From IMG/VR virus record IMGVR_UViG_3300029288_000132, positions 24,339 to 88,338 of that record: a stretch of DNA of 64,000 nt; one strand, given 5' to 3'. Below are positions 1 through 10,700 of the stretch, one piece after another (within the stretch, counting starts at the first letter, position 1; each line of letters starts with the position of its first letter). Made by a program: the position numbers and the translations under genes. Under the pieces are notes generated by a model that made no database searches, was not told where the DNA came from, and saw nothing but the letters and a program-made list of their open reading frames with translations. Origin of the DNA: a virus (taxonomy: Duplodnaviria > Caudoviricetes).

Positions 1-137
1 GGCTTTTTACCGGTGAACTTGGCTATGAACGCAGGGTCCAATTTAAACGGCGAATCATCACTTACCGTCTTGCGCCCATTCTTGGAAACCGGGTTTTTAT
101 AAGTTTTTGGTGTTGGTTTAACTATCGTTGTTGACAC
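1..137 (-). CDS. N-terminus of a gene running off the left edge; possibly class II (B12-dependent) ribonucleotide reductase
   Basis: GGAG at 150-147, 9 nt before GTG at 137; open to the edge: MSTTIVKPTPKTYKNPVSKNGRKTVSDDSPFKLDPAFIAKFTGKKP. FKL..AF..KF..KKP resembles the NrdJ-type N-terminus as I recall it; only 45 aa visible. Confidence 0.35.
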   Translation of the reverse strand, partial: MSTTIVKPTPKTYKNPVSKNGRKTVSDDSPFKLDPAFIAKFTGKK

Positions 138-793
138 AGTACCATTCTCCAATCATCATCTAATATTGATTTTGCTTTTGCTCGAAAATCGCCATCTTTC
201 GTGAGGTTGATGGCCAAACAGTACAACTCTGATTCTGTCGGTAGCAAAATGCGTTCGTGTGGTGCTACTATTGCAAGCTTTGACAAAGCTTCGGTGCACG
301 CAACCGACATAGCCAAATATGCTTCGGTGATATCCCCACTCTTATACCACCTTACAATATTTCGCAACTTGCCAAATGACTCACGATTCAACAACAAAGC
401 AGCAGCGGATTTGCTATTGCATCTATCATTGATAAACTTATGTACGGTGTTTAACTGTGTGAGGCAATTTGAAGAGCTGGCTGCGTGTTTCTGCATGCGA
501 TCAAAGCATACATCCATCATATTACCTTGAAAGAATACAGATAAACCTTTGTGTAATAATTTCTTCTCTTTCATATAACCAACCGCGAAATTGATAAATG
601 CTCTTGCTGTTGGCTTATCTAATTCCCACTCATCAATCTTATTAGCTAGTCTTGTGATATATCTCCATTGGTAGGTCTTCTTTGGATCGGTATTCTTTGG
701 AAACGACAACCTCACACCCTGTGTTGCGAACGCTTCTTGGCACCATTTCCACGTTCGCATTACAGTTGTGGGAGATTCTAGTATTTGAGTCAT
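122..793 (-). CDS. hypothetical protein
   Basis: 223 aa ORF, ATG start, overlaps the downstream start; no motif recognised. Confidence 0.7.
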   Translation of the reverse strand: MTQILESPTTVMRTWKWCQEAFATQGVRLSFPKNTDPKKTYQWRYITRLANKIDEWELDKPTARAFINFAVGYMKEKKLLHKGLSVFFQGNMMDVCFDRMQKHAASSSNCLTQLNTVHKFINDRCNSKSAAALLLNRESFGKLRNIVRWYKSGDITEAYLAMSVACTEALSKLAIVAPHERILLPTESELYCLAINLTKDGDFRAKAKSILDDDWRMVLCQQR

Positions 794-835
794 TTAGTTC
801 GCCTTTTGATACCACTCTAATACAAGAAGACACTC

Positions 836-1129
836 ATGGCAAAATCAGAGAAAGATAGCGTTAAGAAACCTCAAGAAAAAGTCACTGAGGAAGCACCACC
901 AATTGACGCACGGGTAGAGTTTGAACAGCGATTTGATTTTTTTATGACTCAATTCCGCACAGTTTGTGAAGAAGCCAAAGTACCTATTGCGATAGCTATA
1001 GTCGTCGATGCTGAAAACCCGACAACTCCATTTATTTACAATCATGGTCACATATATGATCAAGCATCGATTTTAGCAAGCGTACTACGTGATTTAAAAC
1101 GCAAGATAATAGAAGACATATCCGCTTAA
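836..1129 (+). CDS. hypothetical protein
   Basis: 97 aa ORF with natural composition, fills the gap between minus-strand genes. Confidence 0.6.
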   Translation: MAKSEKDSVKKPQEKVTEEAPPIDARVEFEQRFDFFMTQFRTVCEEAKVPIAIAIVVDAENPTTPFIYNHGHIYDQASILASVLRDLKRKIIEDISA

Positions 1130-1533
1130 ACCATTGCATCGACAAATAATTGCGCTATCTTAGCACGCAATGTGTCGTATGGTAATGCGTCGTAGCATTC
1201 AAGCAATATCCTACATATAGGATTATGTTTATCAATCTCTAATCGGTGAATGAAGAGATCTAAAGACGGGGGGCATCGCAAACTAATAAATGACTGCCCC
1301 CAAGTTCTATCTATCTCTCGGATGACTGGTGGGGCCAATAAATCAGATTCATCTCCGTATGTGCCGCGAATCGCTCCTTCAACAGAGGCTAGAACTTTAT
1401 TCTTCGATGCACATAAGTATGCTTTTGTAGGATCTTGGTCAAATACGATTAACCACATCGGGATAATCTTACCGTTTAACGTTAGCTCGTGCGATTCACT
1501 CGGTAGAAATTCCACCGGTAGTCCGCCTTTCAA
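1126..1533 (-). CDS. hypothetical protein (start uncertain)
   Basis: 135 aa ORF coupled to the upstream cupin gene; TTG start. Confidence 0.55.
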   Translation of the reverse strand: MKGGLPVEFLPSESHELTLNGKIIPMWLIVFDQDPTKAYLCASKNKVLASVEGAIRGTYGDESDLLAPPVIREIDRTWGQSFISLRCPPSLDLFIHRLEIDKHNPICRILLECYDALPYDTLRAKIAQLFVDAMV

Positions 1534-1858
1534 TATCGTTGTTGTCTAACGCTACCCAATAAATTTCGATGGTATCAGAATCTGCAAGAGCCTCAAATTT
1601 ATGCCATACACCCGGCGGTACATCGGTACACATTCCATCCGTTAATACGGTCTCATCTGCAATCTCACCACTAAGAATGGTAATTTTCATCTTCCCTCGA
1701 AGAACGAAGAATCGAGAGAATTTACATGCATGACGATGTTCTGAACAATAACCGCGTGCAAATGAAGTCAATCTGTTGACATCTATGCCGTTAAAATTGA
1801 ATATACTCTGCGTTGTACCCCACGCCTTACCTTGGACTGGACCGATTGGTATGCTCAT
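1496..1858 (-). CDS. cupin (RmlC-like) domain protein
   Basis: Cupin motifs CSEHRH...FFVLRGKMKI and VPPGVWHKFEAL; GKAWG N-terminus. Confidence 0.8.
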   Translation of the reverse strand: MSIPIGPVQGKAWGTTQSIFNFNGIDVNRLTSFARGYCSEHRHACKFSRFFVLRGKMKITILSGEIADETVLTDGMCTDVPPGVWHKFEALADSDTIEIYWVALDNNDIERRTTGGISTE

Positions 1859-1864
1859 AATGGA

Positions 1865-3481
1865 TTAGATACGTGATTTCTCATAGAAGAATTTCACGTT
1901 GCGATCGCCTTCCACGATAATTTCATTTATACCAACACCAGTGGTATCGGTCGGGTCAGCGAGTTTATTGGTTTGAAGAATGTTGTTCGCTGGACTAAAC
2001 AAATCGACGTATGAAACACCATCAACTTTCGATACAGTTTCAATGATATCTGATACGTACAACGGTTGTCCAAGGTCTCTATTATCTACGTTAAAAAACG
2101 AGTCTAAGGCTGCATTTACGTTCGTACGAACAACTGATGCGTCGGCATTTTTACTAACTACAACAGTCATATCAGTAGTAATAGATTTAATTGCACCATC
2201 AAGAACACTCACAGTATCAGTCAATACATTATATCCACTAACATAAGTCTGTACAGCCTGTTTAAGACCTAAACTTGGCGTAACCAGACCGGTTGCACCA
2301 TATGCTAGTATATACAGTTCAACCAGATTTGCATTGAGATCTGTACGCACCGTAGCAACAGCCTTTGCAACAGATCCATATACAGGACTTGCAAAACTGC
2401 TAACAACTTGTGCATAATCAGAGCTAGTGGTAATACTAGCTGGTCTATCAGAAGCAAAAGCTCTCACCACAAAATCGCGTGGTGCTCGTTTCTTAGCTTG
2501 CTCCATCGTTTCTCTGTCGGTCCCTCCGGAGCTAGCAACCAAATTCCTAAATGTGATTTGAACTGGTGCAGTAGCCGGTGATGGAGGTGATATCGACCTC
2601 GATTCATTTATTGCATAGCTTCCGATCCTGCCTCTTACACCTCCACCGATACGATAATTAACTACGATTTGTTGACCGGCTAGTGGTGCTTTTCCGTTGA
2701 TATCGTCGCCAAATAGTAAATCAATCCTATCGGAATAATACGTAATATTAACGACTTCTGCGTCTGCCGAATATGTTTCGAGTGGATTTGTCGTAACTGT
2801 CCACGATACCGGTGAATCACCGGTATAAACATCGACAGTTATTGGCTCTTGTAGAATATTAGCTACCTTAATAGAGAATGCTTGATTTGGGCCACCTGGA
2901 CTATATAAATTAGCTGGACCTGCGAATCGCCCTTCAATACCATAGCCTATAACGCCACGCTTACCGGCAGGTATGGTTAATGGGCTCTTAAAATCACCAG
3001 GAGCACGAAATAGCTCATAATATACCGGTTGCCCGTCTGGACCTGCGATTGTGAATCTTGCACCAGCATCGATATCAATATTTATCGTCAAAGCTGATTG
3101 TACTGCAACTTCGATATCGACCACTGCTGGTGTTTGCGATTTGATCGTCTGATTAATCAATGCAAGATGTTCAATGAGTGCGGTTTCAGTCTGGCATGTC
3201 GGAAGAAATGATTCATTCGAAAGCAAGTCAGATCTTAGGCTTAATTTTGCTACATTATTGGCCTGGGTTTCAATCAGCATCATGATGCCACTATGAGCAA
3301 CCCAATCATTGTAATCGTTTGGATAATATGTACGGATATACTCTATAATCGCACGTCGAGACGTATCGAAATCCAATGCACTAAAATCGATACGACGTAG
3401 CTTAGCCGGTGGCAACATGACGTCGAATTCGTCAGGCGTCAGCGGCAACTTGAACATTGTGTTTTCTAATTCGTCGCTCAT
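1865..3481 (-). CDS. baseplate wedge subunit (T4 gp6 / baseplate J-like)
   Basis: LDFSALDFD..RRAIIEYIRTYYP..YNDW, FGDDINGKAP, GGTDRETMEQAKKRAP, TSSDY; next to gp25-like. Confidence 0.85.
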   Translation of the reverse strand: MSDELENTMFKLPLTPDEFDVMLPPAKLRRIDFSALDFDTSRRAIIEYIRTYYPNDYNDWVAHSGIMMLIETQANNVAKLSLRSDLLSNESFLPTCQTETALIEHLALINQTIKSQTPAVVDIEVAVQSALTINIDIDAGARFTIAGPDGQPVYYELFRAPGDFKSPLTIPAGKRGVIGYGIEGRFAGPANLYSPGGPNQAFSIKVANILQEPITVDVYTGDSPVSWTVTTNPLETYSADAEVVNITYYSDRIDLLFGDDINGKAPLAGQQIVVNYRIGGGVRGRIGSYAINESRSISPPSPATAPVQITFRNLVASSGGTDRETMEQAKKRAPRDFVVRAFASDRPASITTSSDYAQVVSSFASPVYGSVAKAVATVRTDLNANLVELYILAYGATGLVTPSLGLKQAVQTYVSGYNVLTDTVSVLDGAIKSITTDMTVVVSKNADASVVRTNVNAALDSFFNVDNRDLGQPLYVSDIIETVSKVDGVSYVDLFSPANNILQTNKLADPTDTTGVGINEIIVEGDRNVKFFYEKSRI

Positions 3482-3921
3482 ATCGCGGCTCCAGGGGCTG
3501 GTATCGAGGTATTCAGTAAGAACTGTTCTGTTGGTGCGTAACTCATATTACCCATTACAGTTACCTTTAATAGCAAATCCGCAGGAACAGTTTCCAATTG
3601 AACATCGACATTGATCAATCTTGGTTCATTTGTGCTTAATGCTGTTAGTATGTTAGTACGTAAATCTGCTAACACCTCGTCCGTCATCGGCTCAAACACA
3701 GTAGATCGCAGAGTCGTTCCAAATCTCGGTCTTTGGACACGCTCACCTGGTATCGTAAGCAATAATTGTAATACATCGTTTTTCACAAGACGCAAATCAG
3801 ACTGGCGTGGTAGTATACCTCGATATCGATTGGGTTCCGAATCCGACTGATTTGTGTTAGCAAATGTCTGCACAGCGTTGAGGAAGGGCGGGTTAAAGCC
3901 GAAATATGTTGCTTTACTCAT
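3478..3921 (-). CDS. baseplate wedge protein (gp25/GPW-like)
   Basis: LLLTIPGERVQRPRFGTTLRSTVFEP...NEPRL signature. Confidence 0.88.
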   Translation of the reverse strand: MSKATYFGFNPPFLNAVQTFANTNQSDSEPNRYRGILPRQSDLRLVKNDVLQLLLTIPGERVQRPRFGTTLRSTVFEPMTDEVLADLRTNILTALSTNEPRLINVDVQLETVPADLLLKVTVMGNMSYAPTEQFLLNTSIPAPGAAI

Positions 3922-3931
3922 GCTACACCTC

Positions 3932-4654
3932 TCATCTCACCATCTGTGCCACTGCCAAAATTCTATTTTCTAAGTCTGTCGCATTACTCGCCTGCTCATT
4001 AGCCATTATGACCAAAGCATTCATCTGTGCCACAAATAATACTAGCTTCGATCTTAGAGAATCCAAAACCGATTGTAATGATGGATCAGATTGGATTAGT
4101 TGTTCAAGAGCCGCGATAGCTTTTTTCGTTTCATTCTGATTCTTTTGGTTTTCTATAATATCAGTTTCAGTATCTATTCTGGCTTGTCTGACAACACCCA
4201 GCTCAGCATTGAGAATTGTAAATTGGTTGTCTGCGGAATTATTTATAGCGATAATATCTGCTTGTGACACTCCGAGCGATGACAAATCTAGTATATTAGT
4301 ATCATGTCTGATTTGCAGAGGGTTAGAAGCTAACATCGGTTGAAGCGTCGATTCCTCAGATATCCCAAATTCGAGAATTTGTCCTACTTCGAATTGTTTC
4401 TTTGCAGAACCTATAGATGATGCATTGGATAGAGTGTTGGTATAGACTCGCTGCCCATCCGGCTTCTTCGTATCAATTGGTTTCCGCTGCCGAAATTCTA
4501 TTGCTGCAGGAAGTTGAATCTCCGTAAGCGGCCCGTTCGGCGGTGACGTCATACTTATAATATATGTGACATTGCCACTGTCCGACGCAGATTGCGGGAT
4601 TACTGCAAGATACAAAGCTGTTGGGTAGGTTATAATCACATTATATCTTTTCAA
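3932..4654 (-). CDS. hypothetical baseplate-module protein with C-terminal coiled coil
   Basis: 240 aa ORF coupled between spike and gp25-like genes. Confidence 0.65.
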   Translation of the reverse strand: MKRYNVIITYPTALYLAVIPQSASDSGNVTYIISMTSPPNGPLTEIQLPAAIEFRQRKPIDTKKPDGQRVYTNTLSNASSIGSAKKQFEVGQILEFGISEESTLQPMLASNPLQIRHDTNILDLSSLGVSQADIIAINNSADNQFTILNAELGVVRQARIDTETDIIENQKNQNETKKAIAALEQLIQSDPSLQSVLDSLRSKLVLFVAQMNALVIMANEQASNATDLENRILAVAQMVR

Positions 4655-6789
4655 ACAATGTCTTTATTGTACTCTAAATCCTTATTATATCTGGCACCAC
4701 GATTGTTCGGTTCAAGCTGTGGTAAATCAGATGGAATAAGCACATCTGGGGGCTGGATCGGAATGAAGGAGTCGTAACCAATCCACCGCAGAACTTTGTT
4801 GATCTTGATGTAATTAGAATCTATTTCAAGCATTCCACTACCACCCATTAGTGTCACTGCATTATTGCTACGCATAGAAATATTGCGATTTGCGTACACC
4901 TTAGCATCTTGACCGGCTATTACCTCAACATCACCGGCACAGACTATTTGGATTTTTCCCTGTTCATCGTTCCTGATAACTATTTCGCGCTTGATTTCAT
5001 CGAACCACCAACAAATCTTAACAGCGTCCGGCTGTTGTCTCGCTCTGCATACTGTCAACTTCTCCTTGCCAGAAAACCACAAGCCTCGATCATCAAGATC
5101 GACAAGTTCAGTCCATGGATCATCATCTTTACTACCATCCCTACATTCTAATCCCTGTTGAACTCCTTGGCGTGCTGGCGGATTAACTATATCTCCCCAT
5201 GGCACATCATCCGGCGTATTACCACCAGCGGTCTTGAATCTTATATATTCATTGTGAAAATCTAGTTTCATATGATGCGATGTCAATTCGGTATTACCAG
5301 CAACCAAAGAATCTTCAAGAAATTCGTTAGCCTTGATCCCAGCCCACGGCATTGGATATAGTGGCTTAGAGCCAACCATGAAATATTGCAACTTATCGTT
5401 TAGTTGGGCGGTAATTCCAAGAGGGCTGCCCCATGTGGTCTGGTTTAACTCATCACGCTCATTGAATTCCCAATAGAATCCTCTTGGGTTGCCTTCTACC
5501 TCTTTACCTTGCGCCCCAGGTGTTCGACGACCCTTAATCAAGACACCATGAGCTCGCGGGTTCTCTTGTGTATCTGCATGTTTTGTATCAGAACCTCTAT
5601 CATCGAGTACTAATTTAATGCCATATCTAGTGACCCACCGTATCCACCGCGCATCACCTTTCCAGTATTGATTTTCGTGTTCAGTTTTCGTTCCTGTTTC
5701 ATCAAGCAATTTACGCTTAACAAAGTCATCATCAACAGGATCGAAGCCGATATCAGACATCTGAAAAAGCATACCGCCTTTCGTACGCCACTTCACCCAC
5801 CGCTCATCATTAGTGCTATCAGATATCTTACGCGGTTGGCCGTATTCTCCTTCACGTGTCTTATTCCAGCCAACATCGCGCATCTCGAATTTGTGGCCAT
5901 ATCTGGTTAACGACATCATTCTACGCTGATCTGCACCATGAGCTGTATCCTCGTTGATCAACTTTTGTAGATATTTCCAACGTGCTATTTCCCATTCTTC
6001 GTCTTTTTCTACATCGCCATAGAATTCACCGCTATCAGATTTCGAATTGTTAGACCCATCACTAGATATCTGCCAATGGTACCCTTGGTCGCCCATTAAC
6101 AGCAAATGACCGTATTTGCTCAACCGCACCATAAACTTAGCATCGGGATTGTTCATCTCCGGTGGCAAAGTCGTCTGTTTATATGGCGTCTTACTACCAT
6201 TACTATCTGTACTTGTCTGCGATTGCAATGGGTCATTGTCTGGCCCTGGCGGCTGTTGCTTGTGTTCAGAAGGAAAGAAACCAACAGAGCAACTAAAGTC
6301 CAAATTACCGTAGCGGTCCGAAGAGCCAGTGCTCATCGGTCTTGAATCTTTTGGAAGGTAATCTTTGTTGTAATCGTCTGGTGCCTTAGTTGCGGTTCCT
6401 TCCGCATCGACCGGCAGCGGCGTCACACCGTAAATAGCTGGATACGGATAAAACTTTCGCCTTGTTGGTGTGCAGAAGCCGGTCCAAATAGGGCCATAGG
6501 GGTGTTGCTTCTCGAAACCTATCCAGACCCAATCACCGATACATGGTGACGTCCAAGAGCCAGCTCTTTTACCACCAAGATGAAACTGAGATACGGCCCA
6601 TGGACACTCCTCGGGTTGCAAATCCCAGTCGTGCATTTCCGGGCATTTAAATCTAACTCTATGCATATTTAGCGGATCATTCGTTTCCACCACTAAAGCT
6701 CTGTATATGCCAGGAAATCGCTGATTAAGAGGACGCTCTCGATTAATCAGCAAGCGATCTAACCCAATCGTAGCATTTTCTTCATTCAT
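4651..6789 (-). CDS. central spike / hub protein (gp5/VgrG-like, N-terminal OB fold)
   Basis: GIYRALVVETNDPLNMHRVRFKCPE...PWA...PCIGDWVWIGFE...PIWTG; no lysozyme motif noticed. Confidence 0.8.
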   Translation of the reverse strand: MNEENATIGLDRLLINRERPLNQRFPGIYRALVVETNDPLNMHRVRFKCPEMHDWDLQPEECPWAVSQFHLGGKRAGSWTSPCIGDWVWIGFEKQHPYGPIWTGFCTPTRRKFYPYPAIYGVTPLPVDAEGTATKAPDDYNKDYLPKDSRPMSTGSSDRYGNLDFSCSVGFFPSEHKQQPPGPDNDPLQSQTSTDSNGSKTPYKQTTLPPEMNNPDAKFMVRLSKYGHLLLMGDQGYHWQISSDGSNNSKSDSGEFYGDVEKDEEWEIARWKYLQKLINEDTAHGADQRRMMSLTRYGHKFEMRDVGWNKTREGEYGQPRKISDSTNDERWVKWRTKGGMLFQMSDIGFDPVDDDFVKRKLLDETGTKTEHENQYWKGDARWIRWVTRYGIKLVLDDRGSDTKHADTQENPRAHGVLIKGRRTPGAQGKEVEGNPRGFYWEFNERDELNQTTWGSPLGITAQLNDKLQYFMVGSKPLYPMPWAGIKANEFLEDSLVAGNTELTSHHMKLDFHNEYIRFKTAGGNTPDDVPWGDIVNPPARQGVQQGLECRDGSKDDDPWTELVDLDDRGLWFSGKEKLTVCRARQQPDAVKICWWFDEIKREIVIRNDEQGKIQIVCAGDVEVIAGQDAKVYANRNISMRSNNAVTLMGGSGMLEIDSNYIKINKVLRWIGYDSFIPIQPPDVLIPSDLPQLEPNNRGARYNKDLEYNKDIV

Positions 6790-7103
6790 ACTAATTCACT
6801 TGCAATGAGTGATCTCGACGGAACCATAATCGTATCACCGGCTTGCGGCCAATTTAGAGCATCAGAGGCATTGTTGATAGCTATCAACAGCCAGTCTAAT
6901 GACGAATTACCATATAAAGAGAAAGCGATAAGATCTGGCCTCCCGGCAAAAGAATTACTTACAACGTACGCAGTTGCGCTTTTGGCTAGTAAATCCGTTA
7001 TAGGATTCTTCCATCTTCCGAACGTATCCTGATTATCAAACAATACGTGTTCAGTTTGGCTGAATCTAGAATAGACATATTGGTTTAAGTCTGTTGCATC
7101 CAT
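6786..7103 (-). CDS. baseplate protein with LysM/gp53/TailX-like motif
   Basis: GRPDLIAFSLYGNSSLDWLLIAIN...G DTIMVP; AAGGA SD 5 nt before ATG at 7103 (track starts at TTG 7121). Confidence 0.75.
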   Translation of the reverse strand: MDATDLNQYVYSRFSQTEHVLFDNQDTFGRWKNPITDLLAKSATAYVVSNSFAGRPDLIAFSLYGNSSLDWLLIAINNASDALNWPQAGDTIMVPSRSLIASELV

Positions 7104-7111
7104 AATAATCC

Positions 7112-7714
7112 TTATTGCCAATCTGGCGGCACTGCGGAAATCAATCCTGCAATAGCAACTTTGGGTGGCTGGACTTGCGATGATTGATTTGTGGTATCTT
7201 GCGGAACATTACCTCTAGACCACAATTGCATACCGACCTTGATATTGGTTATCACAGGATGTGCTTGATGTATATTCGGACTACCATTAACGGTAGGAAT
7301 ATAAAGTGCCTTGCCGTGTGAAATATCAATATTACCAAGTCTGCATGTCATTGGATCAGTACCACCAAGCTTCCATATTTTAAAACTTACGATATAAGCA
7401 CTAACTATCGTCTCTAATGGTGCTGTATAATATCCACGTAAACTAAGTATCTGATTCCTTACTTTAGTGACATCCCAACCATTGGCACCAATGATATATG
7501 TCCATTCTAATGTGAATTTTCTAGCACCAGATGTTTTCCAAGCTTGAAACGGTTGATCTCCTGGTACTTCGGTTTCAGACCATGTTCCAGATCTGTTATC
7601 TGTAGTTATTTTAGGCGGAAATTGAAACTCAATGGTACGAACGTTATCGCGTCCGATCTTGAATTCGACCGCTTTAGCCAATCGTGTGTCGATGTCAAGC
7701 AAATTTGCTGCCAT
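7112..7714 (-). CDS. tail-tube initiator / hub-associated protein (CIS-tube/GpU-like)
   Basis: IEFQFPPKITTDNRSGTWSETEVPG..PFQAWKTSGARKFTLE; lies after the tape measure. Confidence 0.6.
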   Translation of the reverse strand: MAANLLDIDTRLAKAVEFKIGRDNVRTIEFQFPPKITTDNRSGTWSETEVPGDQPFQAWKTSGARKFTLEWTYIIGANGWDVTKVRNQILSLRGYYTAPLETIVSAYIVSFKIWKLGGTDPMTCRLGNIDISHGKALYIPTVNGSPNIHQAHPVITNIKVGMQLWSRGNVPQDTTNQSSQVQPPKVAIAGLISAVPPDWQ

Positions 7715-7716
7715 GA

Positions 7717-10700
7717 TTATGTCCAGCTATTCAATCTTGTACCAAGCTTAGATGGCGACTCACCAAGCTTGGGGAGATGTTCTTCAAGCAAGCCTCTAAT
7801 TGCACCAACATCATCGACGTTACCCTTGCTAAGCTTATTTACAGCGTCAGCAATAATTCCTATCAGCTCTACTTGTTTAGCCTGTGCTTCTTGCTGCTGC
7901 CAGCGTGCCGACACGCCCCCGCTCGTCTCTGTCTTAACTTGTATCGTCGAAACTGTTTCCGCAACCACCTTCTTCTTAGTAGCTGTCTCAGTCGAGCCAA
8001 TAGGAAGATCAAGTTTAGCTGCTATCAGCTCTAATGCTGAAAATGACGTTTTCAATTCGTCGATCTGTGCTCGTATTTTCTCTTGTCCAGCTTGAATAAC
8101 CGATGCTATTGTGTCGGTAACGCTGCTGATGACCGGCACAGATGATAAGAGATCGGTGAAAGCACCTATAATATCGCTCGATTGTAATTGTGATATAGCG
8201 TCAACCAATCCGGTGATGCTGGGGGTCAATAAGCTGGCTGCTTTAGCAGTAGTGTTTAAGCCGTCAACTGCGGTTGCCAGTGGTGCGATAGATGATCTAA
8301 ATAAAATCGACCCAAACATCATCTTATAACCACCAACCAACACTGCATTGGCGATACTGTTAATCGATGACGCAAGACCATCAACAATGCCACTGATTGC
8401 ACTACCAAATGATGATATTCCATCGCTCACGGATACCAAATTAGCGGTGCTGCCAGCAACCAGTTTAATCGCTCTACCGAATACGAGCAATGCGGTACTG
8501 GTTGTTATTAGTGCCGCAGCGTCTATGGCAGTCAAATAAGATAAACCACTAGCAAGCCCGCCCATACCTTTAGCAAACACAACACCGAGACCCATAGATG
8601 CTATAAACGCCGCAATACCAGGTGATGCAATAACGAGAGCACGTCCGAAGTTCGCGAGACCACCATCACCAAGTCTCTCCATTTTGGTAATCGCATTATT
8701 GCTGATCAAGAACATTGCTACACTCAAACCGCCCATACCAAGCCCTAAGGCGACCGATGCGGCAGCCATTGCTACACCACCAGCTCCGATTGTTATAGCT
8801 GCTGCCAATAATTCACCGCCGAATATGATCAATGCACCGCCCATAAGCAATAAATCACCAGCCGATACCTCCATGAGCTTGACAATACTATTTGTAGCAA
8901 CTTCAAACGCCAGAGCTAATACATATGCGGCCCCGGCTGCAATCATTGCCGCGACAGATATTCCTATCAGCACGCCAGCTAGTGCTATTGCTGCGGCTCC
9001 TCCAACACCAGTCGACATACCGAACACAGCTAGTGCTAATAAACCAAATACGACTGCGAGTGCCCCAACTGCACTCCATAATTTACCATAATCAAGATCC
9101 GCTAACATCTTGATCGCAAAAGCTATAGCCAAAATACTTGCACCGACAGCAAAGGCTGCTGTGGCTATAGCAAACAATTTTGTCGCGTTCGTAACACGCA
9201 TAAACCAATCCCACATTGCGATGGCGGCGGCGGCACCGGCAAATACTGCAAAGATAGCCATAAGACCAGCAGAGACTGCAACAAGTCCTTTTGCTATTGG
9301 GCCTAGATATGACCACAATAATGATAATTTATCACCCATCCAACCTAACCACGTTACTGTTGGTTGTGCTGCCTTATTGATACCATCTATTGCTCCTGCT
9401 GCCTGCTTCGCCGGTGGTAAGGCACCGGCTAATAATCTTATAAACCAAGCGGCACTATCGACGATTGGTGTAAGAATATTATCTAGGAAAAACATCATAG
9501 CCGGTTTCAAAGCATTGAATGCATCCATCCAAGCGCCCTGTATATTGGCCCACATTTTTCCAAAGCTCTTCGCAACAGTTGCGGTCGATTTCTCGTAATA
9601 ATACGACCTCTTCTGTTCCGCAGTCATATCCTTGGTTGTGGCGTCTTCAAGTCCCTTCATAGCCTTTGCTAATTGATCTGTAGTAGCGGTGATCATATTG
9701 AACGGAGCTTCACCGGCCTTCAATGTTGCATTGAGCTGCATCTGTGTTCTAGCATAGCCATCCAGTGCATCGCGCGACATATGAGTATAGCCTTCCATAG
9801 CTAGTAATGTATAGTTATACTCATCTCCTTGACCGCCAGTTCTCTTGTATAAATCTGCAAGCGTCTGCATTTGTTGATTAAGACCATCATTTTGACGAAC
9901 TAAATCCATTGCTGCTCGTTTTTGCTCTTTCGACAGTGATATATCATTTCTGATTCTCGCAGCAGCTTCTTCTGATAATTTTCCTATGCCTTTATAATAG
10001 TTAGCGGCCTCTTGGTTTGTATAAACCTCGCTCAACGACTTCTGCATTGCATCAACTTGTGCCATTGGCAAGCTCATAGTATTAGCTAAGCCCATCATGT
10101 TCGCTTGTATCTCAGATATCGCAGTAACACCGGCTTTACCCCACATAATGTTGAGTGCTGCAGCCGTTCTGGCTTGATCGCCTAGAAGACTAGCCATTTG
10201 CTGGGCAGATAAGCCAAGCTTATACATGGCGTCGGCTTGCTTACCTAATAGAACCGTCTGTTCCTTACTATCTATTCCAACACCTTTCATAGCACGCTGC
10301 CAAGCGGCTAAATCTTTTTGGCTGACACCAAGTGAGTTTGAATACATAGCGTTAGTCGTGACAAAATCAGTCAATTCGTCATCATTCGAGCGTATAACTG
10401 CACCTAGCTCAGAGAACCCGGCAATACCTTCTTTCCACATTAATCTATATGCCGAAGTCGTTTTGCTAACCTGCCCAAGAATCTGGTTTTGCGTTCCGTA
10501 AATACGATAATTGAGGGTGTTAAATTTATTCTCTTCTTCCAAGAATGCAGCGAAACCAGCTCTGAGCCCCTGGATGCCAACAAGCATAGAAGCAAAACCC
10601 ATAACCGTGTCGACAACAGCATCCTTAGCACTAATCCATGCAGCAGCAACACGCTTTCCTATTCCTACATGTGCTGTGCCTTGACTTGCCGATTTGCCTA

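Noticed and set aside
8684-9598. Ala/Ile-rich plus-strand ORFs
   Set aside because: Antisense to the hydrophobic part of the tape measure.
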